A stretch of 64,000 nucleotides of DNA, taken from assembly GCA_028534125.1 (NCBI GenBank), contig CM052817.1:94924001-94988000 (forward strand). The letters run 5' to 3'. How positions within the stretch are numbered: position 1 is the stretch's first letter; each line of letters begins with the position of its first letter. The notes under the pieces were generated by a model, which had not been told where the DNA came from, ran no database searches, and worked only from the letters and a program-made list of their open reading frames with translations. This document shows, in pieces, positions 1-12,735 of the stretch. The position numbers were made by a program, and so were the translations under genes. Source of the DNA: Lama glama. Its lineage: Eukaryota.

Positions 1-354
1 AAAATAAATTTTCATATGCTGACTTAATTCCCAGCTGGAGGAGAAAACAATCATCTCTCTTTATGTCATGCTTACTTCTTAGCCTGTTGTTTATTTATTA
101 TGATTATAATTAGTGTAAAAATGCTTTATTTAAAATGAGTTTAATCATGCCTTAGAAGAATTTTGTAACATTTGAGTTAACTTAGACAATAGAGAGAAAT
201 ACAGTGAGTGTTTTTAGTTTTATGCTTATGATATAGAAGTACAGGGATTTGAGTTTAATGTTATCCCTCCCCTAAATAGTCCACATATCCTGAATATCGT
301 CACTCAATAGCATTTTAAAGAAACAAACATCCTTTTAAAATCCCATTAATCTCA

Positions 355-472
355 TTTACTCATTCAACAGATTTTTAAGAAGCATCTTCCATGTGCTGTA
401 TAGTCTTCTAGGTCCAGAAAAGACACGAGAGAAGAGAGGGAAATATTTGTCTTCATGGAGTTTATAGTCCAG
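355..472 (-). mobile_element. L2 3' fragment
   Basis: cattcaacag...gtcttcatggagtttatagtccag resembles the antisense L2 3' end. Confidence 0.55.
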
Positions 473-1463
473 AAAATGTATTTGAAAAAATTTCTACTAT
501 ATACATTTAATTTAGTTTGATAAACGTTTATCAAATGCTTATATGGTATTTTCCTAGCTCCTATGATTATAAGTAGTTGAAGGAGATAAGATACTTCAGT
601 AGCTTAAATATTATCTTTCTACAACATCCCTCAATCCCAAATTAGTACTAAATACTTTTGTGTTTGCCTGTCTGTCTTCCCCCATGGTGGTCTCCATGAG
701 GATCAGAACCCTGTTTTGTTTCTGTCTTATCCCCACGAAGAGCACAGTCCCTTGCAGAGTAAATGACTAGACTTGAAGAGGGTTGAATATGTAGTTTGTG
801 CCCCCAGGAAGCTTTCATGTCAATGGGGAAGGGGAAATAGGACAACTCGTTCCTTCAGAGAGGTGAAGTCCTGTAAGTGATGAGCTATGTTTTATGTAAC
901 TTTTCATATTAAAGGATTCCCCAATAGAATAACAGTCTAAAAGGAGGGGGGGATTTATTTAACATGCTAAGTGAGGAATATTAGTTATCAACTTCATAAA
1001 GGAGAAATAAAGATCATTTTCCTAGCTAATTAAATAAAAATGTAAGGGAACCATCATGTTTATAAATGACAACCACATAGTCTTAGATAAGCTAAGTAAG
1101 CCTAAGGATGAAGTAATCCCAACCACAGATAGATAAGCATTTGCTCAGTCTCAGGTAAAAAACAACTTAGAACTCCCTCCACAATCTCAGTGTCCACATA
1201 TTTGAATGTTTGGTGAAAAATAGTCAAAGTATTTAATTGGAAGATCAGCTAGGAAACAAGGATCAGATACCCTGCCCTGAAGAAGTGCGTTTCAGTAATA
1301 AATCCATAGGCATCACATCCCCTTATGTTTTCCCAGTGCACTTGCATCAGTGTCCCTACCCTTTGTCTCAGACAGACAGCATCTTCTGGTTGTTGTTTAA
1401 TCAAAGTCACCTGCATTCTTCTTTTTTCTTTTTTTGAGCAGCTATAGCTTTGTGGGTATAATT

Positions 1464-1583
1464 TTTTTTTATTATTGAACTACAGTTGACTTACAATGTT
1501 GTGTTAATTTCTGGTGTACAGCATAGTGATTCAGTTATACATATATATATATATATATTCCTTTTCGTATTCTTTTTCATTAT
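1464..1583 (-). mobile_element. 5'-truncated lineage-type L1 3' end with (TA)n, antisense in HHIP intron
   Basis: poly-T then ttgaactacagttgacttacaatgttgtgttaatttctggtgtacagcatagtgattcagttata. Confidence 0.85.
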
Positions 1584-3540
1584 TGATCTCCACGTTGTCT
1601 TCTCTTTAGCTTCATCTACTCAGGCTTAAACCATATCGTCACATGAGCTATGTGCCTGCATATTTTGCATCACATAGAACATGTAACATTCCTGACACAT
1701 TCTACCTCTGGGTCCCTTCTTTTGAATGAGTCAGAAAAAGAATGAATGAGTGAGTAACAAATAGAACTGGAAAAACAGAATTTCAGTCACCAGTAAAACT
1801 GGAACAATACCTGTTCACTGAATATCACTCAGTAAATGATGGTGGCTTGGGAATCAGAAGAAGTTTATGACTCCTGAAAACTGCTCTTCTGATGGTCAAA
1901 AATGCGACCATCGTCTCACAAACAAAACGAGAAAGAAATAGAGCAGACATGGGCTGTTCAACAATAAGCAAGCACAGATGATGCCCTCACTTTCCTTGGC
2001 ATGACCATTTAACATTTTCTCCACCTATCACACTCTTTCCTTACTCCCAGAAGGACTCCATTGGGAGCACATGGAAAATATCTGGTAATGTGTTCTGAAG
2101 GAACATGTGGAATGCCTTAAGTACCTTTCACATGAATCGACCATTTCTAAATTTAAAGAGCGGTCAAACAGATTTAAGGGAGTTTTCTGAATTGTCAGGT
2201 TAGTTGCAAAACGCAACACCTTCAATGTAGAGTGGGATTTTATTGGAGAGAGGCGCGAAAGAAGTCATTATATATATTTTAATATGGTTTTGAGCCATTG
2301 TAGAAACAACCTGAGGTCAGGCTCCAAATTATCACTGTTCATCTTGCCTTAGGGGCATAACAAGAGAACCTGTCTCAAGAAATCTGATTCTCAAGGCTTA
2401 ATTATTTGCTTCTCTCGGAAAGCTGTATCACTTACCTCTTGCGGTGGTTTTGACCTATAATTATCATCTTCTTTGAGAGGGTGTTTAAGGACTCCAGCTG
2501 CTTTGACTATCCTAATGGTGGTGATGTGACCGGTGAGGAAGCTGTCAGTCTACATTCTTTCGCTGGAAAGAGCTTTCTCACCACAACTGTGGCACAGGTC
2601 TCAGTGACTCGTAGACAAGTACCACGACATTTTTTCCCAAAGATTAGGTAATGAGCAGTTGTGAGCATGATTTCAGCCTGAACCAGCTTGAAAGATAGCA
2701 TCTCATTCAAAAACAGTAAGAACTGTGAAAATGTTCTTCTGAAGGCATCTCGGTCCCTCTCTAAATAATGACAGCCGTAGAGCAATTAAAACAAAGTCTA
2801 TGACTTTTTACATGAGAGGTGAGATGTTTTTGTTTGCTACTATTAGCATTCTTTTTCTTTATAGTGGGACAAAATCAAATTATAAAAATACGTAAATACA
2901 TATACGTATGTAAAATCTTTATATATCTCATTCTTTGCATAAAGAGTTTAAACTTTGAATCAGTTGTAAACACATACATATATTATCCTTGTCCTTTCAA
3001 GAACAATCATTCTAGGCAAAGCATCTCAAAAGAAATGTAAGAGTGAAACAAAAGAAGATTCCTAAGCTTTTTAGTCTACAAGTGCTCATTTTGGTGGCTG
3101 CCTTCAACTGTGATATTGCCAAATATGCCAATGACTTGTGAAACCTATCTCAGATACTGGTCCTAAAAATATTTGGAGTTCTGGGAGGGGGAAAAAAGGA
3201 GTTTTAAAATACCTGTTCATCTTTATTTTTAAAATTGTAATTGCAAAAATTCTTAGCTACCAAAATATCAGTGTAACCTAGTTACCTTATTAGTCAACGA
3301 ATTTTGATCATGATAAAGTTTCTTACAATGTTTAAAATGTTCCCTTTGGTTCAAAACTGGTTGGTTTGTTTCCTCACAGGCAGTGTGTGTTTTCTATTCT
3401 TAGAAAGTTCTCAACCTTCCTGTCTGAGTCGCTTCAAAGGAAGGTCTCTTTAGAAAGCAAGAGGCACGCTGCGTAAGCTACCAAATCACTACACTTCATC
3501 CCAACCAAAATGCTCTTTCAACGGTTGTATTTTAACACAG

Positions 3541-3689
3541 ACCTCTGATGCCTGAGGAGTGCAGAGCCACGGTGCAGCCCGCCCAGACCCTGACGTCGGA
3601 GTGCCCCCGGCTGTGTCGGAACGGCCACTGCACCCCCACCGGCATGTGCTGCTGCAGCCCCGGATGGGAAGGCGACTTCTGTAGAATCG
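3541..3689 (+). CDS. HHIP: HHIP penultimate coding exon (EGF-like domain 1)
   Basis: Acceptor ...tttaacacag|A at 3540/3541 and donor G|GTCAGT at 3689/3690; 149 nt. Translates PLMPEECRATVQPAQTLTSECPRLCRNGHCTPTGMCCCSPGWEGDFCRI, recognisable as the HHIP C-terminal region. Phase 1 end joins the next exon in frame. Confidence 0.96.
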
Positions 3690-6165
3690 GTCAGTGCCGC
3701 TGTTGTCCCTGGGAAGGCGTGGGCAAGGGACAACCCCCGGGAATGCAAGGATTTAACATCAGTTATTTCCTTTAAAATTATCTAGCGTTCAAAACTGGCA
3801 TTTCCAATCATAGTAATGCTTAATCGATTTCTGAACTTGTACATGAAATCTTTGCCATTTTCCTAATGTAAACAATTCACTTATGTAAGTTCATTGTAAA
3901 CATGATTGAGTTCATTCCCAAAGTAGAAAATGAAAGCAGCACAACTTAGATCATCGCTGTGGGCTCTCAGTCCTGAGTTTGAGATTTCACACCAGCCAAT
4001 GACCTGGTGTTTGCAAAGTCCCTTTCTAGATGCCAGCATTTTCCGGACACTCCATAAATGCCCTCACTGAATTTACTGCTTGCTCTCTTGCTGCAGCGCA
4101 CTGAAAACAGGGGTTTTCAATGGGTGTTTTTATATAAACGGGGAAAATGCACTTATCTAGAGGCATATTATGAGATTTTTTAATTCTTTTTGCCACTCCC
4201 TTGTGAATCATCAACTAAGTGTGCAGCTGCTCAGAGAGAGCAAAGGAGGTTTATTCCTTTAATTTGAGACTTCCACAATCACATGCAATCGTGTTTAAAT
4301 TCTACTTGGTGTGAAGTAAGAAAATTAGATGAATTTATACCTGGAGTTCAAGAGGTGTTCTGCTGCAAGTACATTTTCAACAACCAGCATGCACATATTA
4401 CTTACAAAAGATTTTGATCTCTACTACTTCAAATATTAAAGCTAATGAAAATTAAAAGTCCCAAGTTAATATTTAATGTTATCCTTAATTCATAAAGGCC
4501 ATCTTTATTCGAAGCATGTATTTGTTTCAAAAAAATTATAACCATCACTTGTTTACTTTATATGTTGTCTTTAAAAAGGACACATTTCAAGTCACATATG
4601 CAGTATACATTTTAAGCTTAAATTGCTTCAGCACTAATATGTTACGTGATTGATTGATACTATGGTTATGTATCTCAGAAAGAACTATCCTAATGAAAAC
4701 TCAACAGGAATTAAGTAATTACAATATTTAAAACAAATGCTTACATTCTATGACCATTCTGTCTTCCTTTTCATTCGTTGGCCAAAAAATGAGAATCAGT
4801 GTTCAAATGCAACAATATTCTAATCCCTGATAATGTATCTTCCCTCTGCTTCCCTTATGTGGTTAGTATCTCTGCTGTCTTAGTCCTTACTTACATTTTG
4901 GCTAACCTCTTAAGTCACCTCAAGTCATCAGATAGTAAATATTATTCAGTGCCTTCTAATAGCAGTATGTTAAGCTGAAGGTAAACAAATAATTTTCAAT
5001 ATAGGTGGTATGATACATACCATAATAGTTATTAATAACATGATATAAATGAAAATAGACATTCTTTCAATTAATATGCACTTTTCTTTCAATAAGGTGC
5101 TTTAATCTTTCCACTAAGTCAATTTAAATAATTTGAACATATAAGATAAACCAGAACCATTTTATGAAAGTAACATATTTGTAGTATTTTTGACCCAAGC
5201 AAAAACTTTTACTCATCACCCATGAATTTAAAAGACTGTATTAGTCTATTTTCTCCTTGTTCTTTCTTTCCCGTATGTCTGCCATGGACCCCTGAATTTT
5301 GATGAATGCACTGGAAAAGGTTAAAATAACCCTGTGCCCTAAAAGTATAAAGACATATATTCAAGGAATTTGATTCTGTCTACAGTGGCTGCACATCTCA
5401 GATCCATTTAGGGACAATTAAGTTATATACTGAATTTAATGTCTCCATCTCCTTTTAGCAGTAAATCTTTACATTCTCTACCTATATTATAATGGTAAAC
5501 ATTCTGTTAGGAAGACATCCTGTTCCCTGAAAAGGATGGCTTTGAACATCTTTCATGGGCCAACCGCACTGACCCCAAGAAGGGGCTTCAAGGTGTAATC
5601 AGAGATGAGGCATATTTCGTGCACCACCTGGGAGCAGGGAAGGGGAGGAAGCCAAGGGAATCCACGTGGTGGATCCTCCCTCCAACCAAAATCGGAAACT
5701 GACCATTTCTTAACATTGCCTTAGTGATACTCCAGGCACTGGGCCTTCCTCTCTGGCCACGCCCTTCCCACTGGGAGATCCTGGGGGAAGGGAATGGGAA
5801 CATAGAGATACTTGGAAGGCCCTCTGTTGGAGATACCCTAACGGAGCAGAGCTTTGAAGGAACTAAAATCCTCATTTTAAGCAGAGTCAGTTCTACGAGC
5901 GATTGACATTCCTTCCTGATCTCTGCTTCTCTGGATGATCCATTTGTCTACAAACGTCTCCCATTAGCTTCTGAGTTCTGGCTTCCCAATGACTGAAGGC
6001 GTGAGAGCCTTATTTCTTCGCATTTATTATCTTTTGGATCATTTTGGGACCGGCTCCCTCCTCTCCCGCCCCTTCCCTTCCTCGTCAGATATTTATTGAC
6101 CTCATACTCAGTGCTGTTTCTGACTTCCAGAATGGAGTGTGATTTTATTGCTCTTTTTTCCCTAG

Positions 6166-6359
6166 CGAAATGTGAGCCAGCGTGTCGCCATGGCGGTGTC
6201 TGTGTTAGACCCAACAAGTGCCTCTGTAAAAAAGGATATCTTGGCCCTCAGTGTGAACAAGTGGACAGAAACCTCCGCAGAGTGACCAGGGCAGGTATTC
6301 TTGATCAGATCATTGACATGACATCTTATTTGCTGGATCTAACAAGTTACATTGTATAG
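6166..6359 (+). CDS. HHIP: HHIP last coding exon (EGF-like domain 2 and C-terminal helix, stop TAG)
   Basis: Acceptor ctcttttttccctag| at 6165; G+CG completes Ala. Translates AKCEPACRHGGVCVRPNKCLCKKGYLGPQCEQVDRNLRRVTRAGILDQIIDMTSYLLDLTSYIV*, the characteristic HHIP C-terminus. Confidence 0.97.
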
Positions 6360-7571
6360 TTTCTGGGACTGTTTGAATATTCCTTTCCAATGGGCATTTA
6401 TTTTTTATCCTGTCATTAAAAAGAACGACTGTTATCCTGCTACACACTCCTGTGATTTCATTTTCTTTGATTAATTTAAAAGTCATTTCCAGAAATGTGC
6501 AGATCCCGTGTGTGTATATTGGCACGTTTGTTCACATATGCACGTACACACACACACTCACAACCCCTAGGCGTGTGGTTGCATAACAGATGGGTTTTAA
6601 AAATATATATTGCCCTGTGTGGAGTAATTTATCCGGAAATTCCATTGTAAATTGATAACGGAATTTTTATGTCACTAGAAGAGATTACATGACTTCCCAG
6701 GAATTTTCTGTCTGTAATCACTAAAGTCAACTTCGACGGAGTTTTAAAACATTACTGTGCAATCTGATGGATTTAATTTAAAAAAGGCCATATTTTTATA
6801 TTAAAGGACTATGATATAAGAGAATGTTTCAGAACTCCCTGAGGAACTTCTGAGTGGGCAACGATATAAAATTGTAATCTTCATTTTTGTTATTATATCC
6901 AATTGCAGAATGTTACGCACTTACCTTTCTATTGGTGGAGAAATCTGGTTCCCCCAGCTTAATTTCAAGATTGTTTTCAAGTGTTTTATAATTAAATCAG
7001 AACAGCATATTCTAAAATCAGCCCTCCTAAAAGGTCTGCTTTTATTGTATAGTGTATTTAACAAGAGGCACTGGGTTTGTGTTACATATTTATATTTTGT
7101 ATTTTATTTTTATAATATAGACGTCACCTAGATGAAACACCTATGCCCTGTCCTGTAAAATACTAAGGTTACATTTGTCACCAACTTAATTGGAAAGAAG
7201 GGGCGTGAGAAAGCAAACAGCCTTTAATGTGCTGTGGCTCTAATCTAGCAATGTGTCCCTGTGCCAACATGTAATCATTAACGACGGATGAAAAAGCAAG
7301 AAAACAGCCAATCCTTATAAAATTCCAGCATTAAACATTTGTAAAGTGCTTTTCACCATAGCAAGACTGTCAAGAGTATATGTGATTAGAATGTTGCAGA
7401 TTTCACACTGAATCAAACCTCACTGGAGAAGAGTTCACTCATTTTTAACGGATCTTGGCTCTGTAAGCTGTCACTTGTGCACATTTTGAATATGATCATT
7501 CTTGCCAAATATGACTTTTAATGTATATGTTCCTTCAGAACGCAAGGAAAATCCTCTTTGGTTCATGTATG

Positions 7572-7577
7572 AATAAA
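7572..7577 (+). terminator. Candidate proximal polyadenylation signal
   Basis: AATAAA preceded by TGTA and followed by GU-rich tgttctgtcaatgttctgttcagg. Confidence 0.55.
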
Positions 7578-10500
7578 TGTTCTGTCAATGTTCTGTTCAG
7601 GTTTTTAAAGAAATGCCATGTTCTAACTTAAAACTGCAAAAAAAGTCTGGTAGATACTTTTCTTCCTGGTTTTTTGAGGCCAGCCTGCCACGTTTGGATT
7701 ATAACAAAAATATCAGGCCCCTTTGCACTACTGGAAAAGGATCTCCTCGTGACACGTGCACACTCACTCTAGGTGGTCCTTCTCTAAACATCTGTTCCTC
7801 CAGAATCTAAATTGTAGAGTAGGACAGATCATTGCAGCACAGCCCCACTTCCCAAACCTGCTCCTTACCTTTAGGAATAGGAGCCTCAATTAAAAAAAAA
7901 AAATCAAAGCAAATCTTGTAACCAGTATTTTTCTCATGTTTCAAAGTGAGAGATTTGCAATTAAAGCACAGTGAGAAACCACGATATAGAAAGGTTGGTT
8001 AAGTCCACTGCGCTTGTCTTCCATATATGATTACTAAGTTTCAAGTGACCTCATGCCAAATAGAAATGGGTGGACAAATCTTGGTGCAGTGCTGAGGGAA
8101 CAATAGCCCGCATTAAAAAGTGCATGCATAATTTTGCACAATTTAGATTCAATGGACAGTCTATTCAAAGACGTCTCAGGATTAAATGAGCATGGAGACC
8201 AAATTGCCCTCTTACCCCAGAAAAGGGGTGGTCCTTTCTAGTCACACTCACACTTCATTGGCCCAACAGCGTGACAGATCTTGCAGTGAACCCTGCGGTA
8301 GCCTGCATCTGTAGGTTAATAGCCGTCTTTTGTCCCCTTTGCTTTCTCTTCATAGCCCTTTGACTGAATTCCATCACAGAAAGTTTTACAATTAAAAAAA
8401 AAAATGTCCTGACAACCATTTTTGTAAATGGACCTTAACCATCGAATCGTCTCTTATTCAACGTGGGCGACATTAACAAAATGTGAACTTCTTGTGAGGG
8501 AGCCAGCTGTCTAAGTCTGTCAAATTGTGCAGTTTTATTACACATCCCCCCGTTTCATAGTTTCATTGAAAACAATAAGGACCCTGCTAGAGAGTCAGCA
8601 AAATCTGAAAAAGCCAGCATTTCTTCTTACATCTTTAATCTTTCCATAGCTCCCTAAAGAAGATTTCCAAAAGAAAAGGTGTTCTGTTGCCAGTAGTTCT
8701 CCTGCTGAAAAATATCTATATTCAATCAATGAGACCCAGATTGCTTTATACAGCCCTTTCCCAAGCGAAAGAGTTTCAGATGACTTAGAAAAGCAGAGGT
8801 ACCCCAGTTATCATTGCCTTTTCTGTCGTGAGTCATTAGACTAAAAGATCAAAATCTTCTAAAAAGGAGATGGCAAGTTCTGTGGATATTAAACCCCAGC
8901 AAAGCAAGGCATTGGAGTCATTTCTTTCTGTTCTTAGCAGAGAAGTAAATAGAGGTGGCTAGTTAATTTGCTCGATATTTTTAACTCAACGATCATTTCC
9001 AAAACTCCTTTGACTTTTCTTTCAAGTAGATTTTTTAAAACATGGGACTGAAGAATTATCTTAAATAATTCATGAGGAGAGGCAAGCAGGAATCAGTTAA
9101 AAAGTATGAGCTAAGGAAAAAGTACTGTTTCATCACACCAATGGCAACTTCTAGTTGCTGTGAAAAGTATACAATCAAACTGGAAGAGAAATGTCCTTCT
9201 AGGGATGCTGGTGTGTGAGATAAAGATCAAACCAAGGCAAAGGAAAATGTAGATCAGCATCCCTTTGTCCATCCTAGAGCTTTATCTTTGGGGGTCAATT
9301 TAATGTGAAATGCTGTCATGGTAGTCATAAAAAGCCAGGGGGAAAACCTTTCTGCCACTGATTCTGCCAAATTCTTGTTCTGGTTAACAGAACTTCGTTT
9401 TCTTGCCAGTTATTTAAGGTAATGAGGAGACAGCTGAATTGGCACATCATTAAAGCAGAAAGAAGGGAAGTTTTAAGAAACTTGAGTGATGATAAACAGT
9501 GCTTCCATCCATACTTTTTCGTCTTGGAATTTTGCTTCAGTGTGGCTCTTGTAAAATGCTCTTTTATTTTATCACAAAGACTACTCCAAAGTTTTCTCAG
9601 ATTAGTGGACCGCCTGATAAAGAAAGAGCCAAGAATCCTACACATACAACATATACATACAACCTAAAGAGAAAACCAGTCTCTCTTCCATTTATAGACT
9701 TCAGGCCAGCACATCTTCTTTCTTTCTTTCTTTGAATATAATTACACAATAATGTGCTAACAATTTTTAACCTTTTAAAAATATTGTTTTTATCTAAATC
9801 ATAAACCAAACCATACTAAGTATAGAACCTACGGTTAGATGCTACCTCTAGTGTCTTTCAAAGCACACGTTCATTTGAACTTTTATTAGTCTAATATTTT
9901 AAGCTTTGAAATATAGAAGAGAAACCACGCCTAAATTTTTAAGAAATAAAACAAGGTCTATCATACCCATTTGCAGTTGGCTGATAGAGAAATCAAAGTT
10001 TCTGAATGTCTCTGTAGAACGTTATCCATGACATCTATCTTCCTCTCTTTGTCCCTCCCTCTCCTCTTTCCCCACCCCCATATATCCCTCTTCCTTTTAA
10101 CCTCTGTCTTCTCCTTTGTTTCTACTGGTTTTGACTAAACAGACCTGTCCTCAGTATACTCATAATGAACATGTCCTCCAGTAGGTCGCTATTGATTTTG
10201 CTGGTTATGATTTTTTATTTTCCTGAAAAATACCCTCTCTTTTATCCCATTGGCTCGGACTGTATGTCATAAAGAACAGTAGACAAAGAGGAACATACTA
10301 GACTGACCTATTATAATCACTGAGAGAACTAACAAAAAGCATAAATGACTACCAGCCTGGGAGTTCCAGCCCAGCTGGGTTCCATCTTGGATCCAGGAAA
10401 GACCCTTAGTCAAGAGCACGAACTAACAGTAGGAAACATTAGCAGCTATTCCTGTCCAAACAACAACCATCTCTATGGAGTCTGTTTTAAGGAAGATTAT

Positions 10501-12013
10501 TCTAAGTCCATGAAGGAAAAATAAGTAGCTCCCCAATGGAGACTTCAGCATCTTCTCTCCCCACCCCTGGGATGAGTCTTGAACTTGCAGAGAACTCAGA
10601 CTAAAGTTCCATGCCCAGAACGTATACCTAGTTCTTTACTACTCCCAGGACGTTGGTGGGCCTGTTACTGTGAATGTTGGCAGTATCTCTAGCAAACTCC
10701 TCTTTAGCGTATCCTGAAGAAATACATGTTTGCTGTCTTACCTTCTTGCTCTTCATCATACCAACACAAATCAGTCATACCACCCATAATTAATATGATG
10801 ACAAAGAAGGTGGGAAACCTAAGAATAAAAGCATTTTGATATTAAAAATATTTAAAACATGACCGTAAGAACTGCCAAACACTAACCCTAGCCACCTTCA
10901 ACACTTCTTTCTCTTAAATATCTACACATAAGTTTTGAAAATGGTCTTAAAATAACTGTTTAGGAGAGTGTGATGGACTCATGAGAGCGTGAGGAAGTGT
11001 TGAGTCATTTTCTTCTCAATCATAGTAGTGGCTATGAAGAGATTTATTCATTTATCAGATTAGCTCTTTTCTTAAATTCTTCATTAAATATGAGCCCAAG
11101 ATACACCCATCATTTGCTTGGCTTTCTTTTGTATAGGTCATCTCTAAGTTGGTTGAAAAAATAAATAAATAACAATCCCTTGTATTAACATAAAGCCTTA
11201 GGCCTAAAACATGTTCCTGCTTTTTAAGCCAGGGACATATAAAAGGAAGGAAGAAAAGAAAAGAAAGAGAAAAAGGCACCAACGCAACATGAATTTTAAG
11301 GTTACATCCCAGGTACATCATGGGCATCACAAAGTCAACACCACATTTCAGTCAGGATGTTTTCTTGCATGTGTAGATTGTGTCTGGCTTAAAATCAAAA
11401 TACGTGTATCCATATACAAGCAAATTAACAAAAAAGTTTGGTGAGTTATCTCAGCTGACTATAGTCTTTTAAGTTAAATATTTTTAGCCTTTAGGGTAGA
11501 AAGAACAGAACATTAACAGTGATGGGAAATTCATCAGGGCTAAATATAAAATAAGCTTTGTCTTCAGAGTTAGAAACTATTTCTTATACGTTCCCTTTGC
11601 ACTAAAAAATAACCAGCCAGTAGTTTCCATTCACATGAACAATGTGTGATCAGATTTGGTATCAGTTATACCCAAAATGTATGTTGGCTATATCCTTACC
11701 TCATGTTCTTAAAATCAGAGACATAAATTTTATAGACTAAATTAAGAGTTCATGTATAGTAGAACTTAATACTATTAACACATTAATACATTCTGTTCAT
11801 AATATTATTATTGAGAAATTGAGTTGATAACTTTGTAAGATATCAGATATTTCCTGTATCTGATTATATTCATAGGACAATTTTGGACGTGCATTTCACC
11901 AAGAACCGCATAGTGACAATGTAAATGAAATGGAAGCATTATGGGATTTTTGGAGCTTGCTTCGCTAGGACATGCTAAAGACTATTTATTTAAAAGAAAC
12001 TCACCTAATTAGT

Positions 12014-12170
12014 GGGGGGAGGGTATAGCTCAGTGGCAGAGTGCATGCTTGCCATGCACGAGGGCCTGGGTTCAATCTTGGGTACCTCCACTGAAAATAA
12101 TAAATAAATAAACCAAATTACCTCCCCTCCCCAAGATAAAAATAAAATAAAGCAAAAATTAAATTGAAAG
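12014..12170 (+). mobile_element. Vic-1-type tRNA-derived SINE (long tail)
   Basis: ggggagggtatagctcagtgg A box, ggttcaatc B box, A-rich tail, degenerate TSD aaagaaactcacctaattag / aaagaaacccaccgaactag. Confidence 0.9.
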
Positions 12171-12651
12171 AAAGAAACCCACCGAACTAGAGTGAAAAAA
12201 ATTATAAAATCGTTATAATGAATTAGCATAAAAGAAACTTGTAAAGACACCCCATGTCTTTCCTGGCTTTATCTGTGATTAACTTGGTCCAGTTGTAAAG
12301 AATGGTTAACTTTATCATTCTTCTAACACGTTTTGGTTCTTCTAGTTGTTCATTTTCCTTTAGATTGTTGACAATGAGGGCAATTTGTCCATAACCTTAC
12401 TCCCAGAAGATATCTTGTTTGGATTTCTGTTAATATGAGGCAGAAGACTATGGGAACAAGTAATAAAAGCAGGTGCATGTTTGAGGGAGCAGAGTTAATA
12501 TATATATATTAGTTCAAATTGCTATAAATGTTCTGAAAAGCAACACGCAAAGTCATTGGCTCAGCTAATCCCTCTACATTTGAAATAACCCGACTTCCTT
12601 AACCAAGTTACTATACTATTCAGTTCTCTTTGATTGATCTTCTATTTTTCA

Positions 12652-12735
12652 GCCATCCATTCATTTATTAATTCAACAAATATTTATGGAAGTGCCCAGC
12701 ATGATTATGCGCTGTAGAAAAGGCAAGGATGTTTA
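12652..12735 (-). mobile_element. L2 3' fragment
   Basis: catccattcatttattaattcaacaaatatttatggaagtgcc. Confidence 0.55.

Noticed and set aside
1..3540. Searched for earlier HHIP exons
   Set aside because: None recognised; the upstream exon presumably lies before the window.
3690..3775. ORF extension past the HHIP exon (GQCRCCPW...)
   Set aside because: Intron read-through beyond a good GT donor; HHIP similarity resumes at 6166.
6096..6165. N-terminal part of ORF 6096-6359
   Set aside because: Intronic branch point and polypyrimidine tract.
12014..12090. tRNA-like sequence with A and B boxes (also five other copies)
   Set aside because: SINE heads with A-rich tails and TSDs, not tRNA genes.
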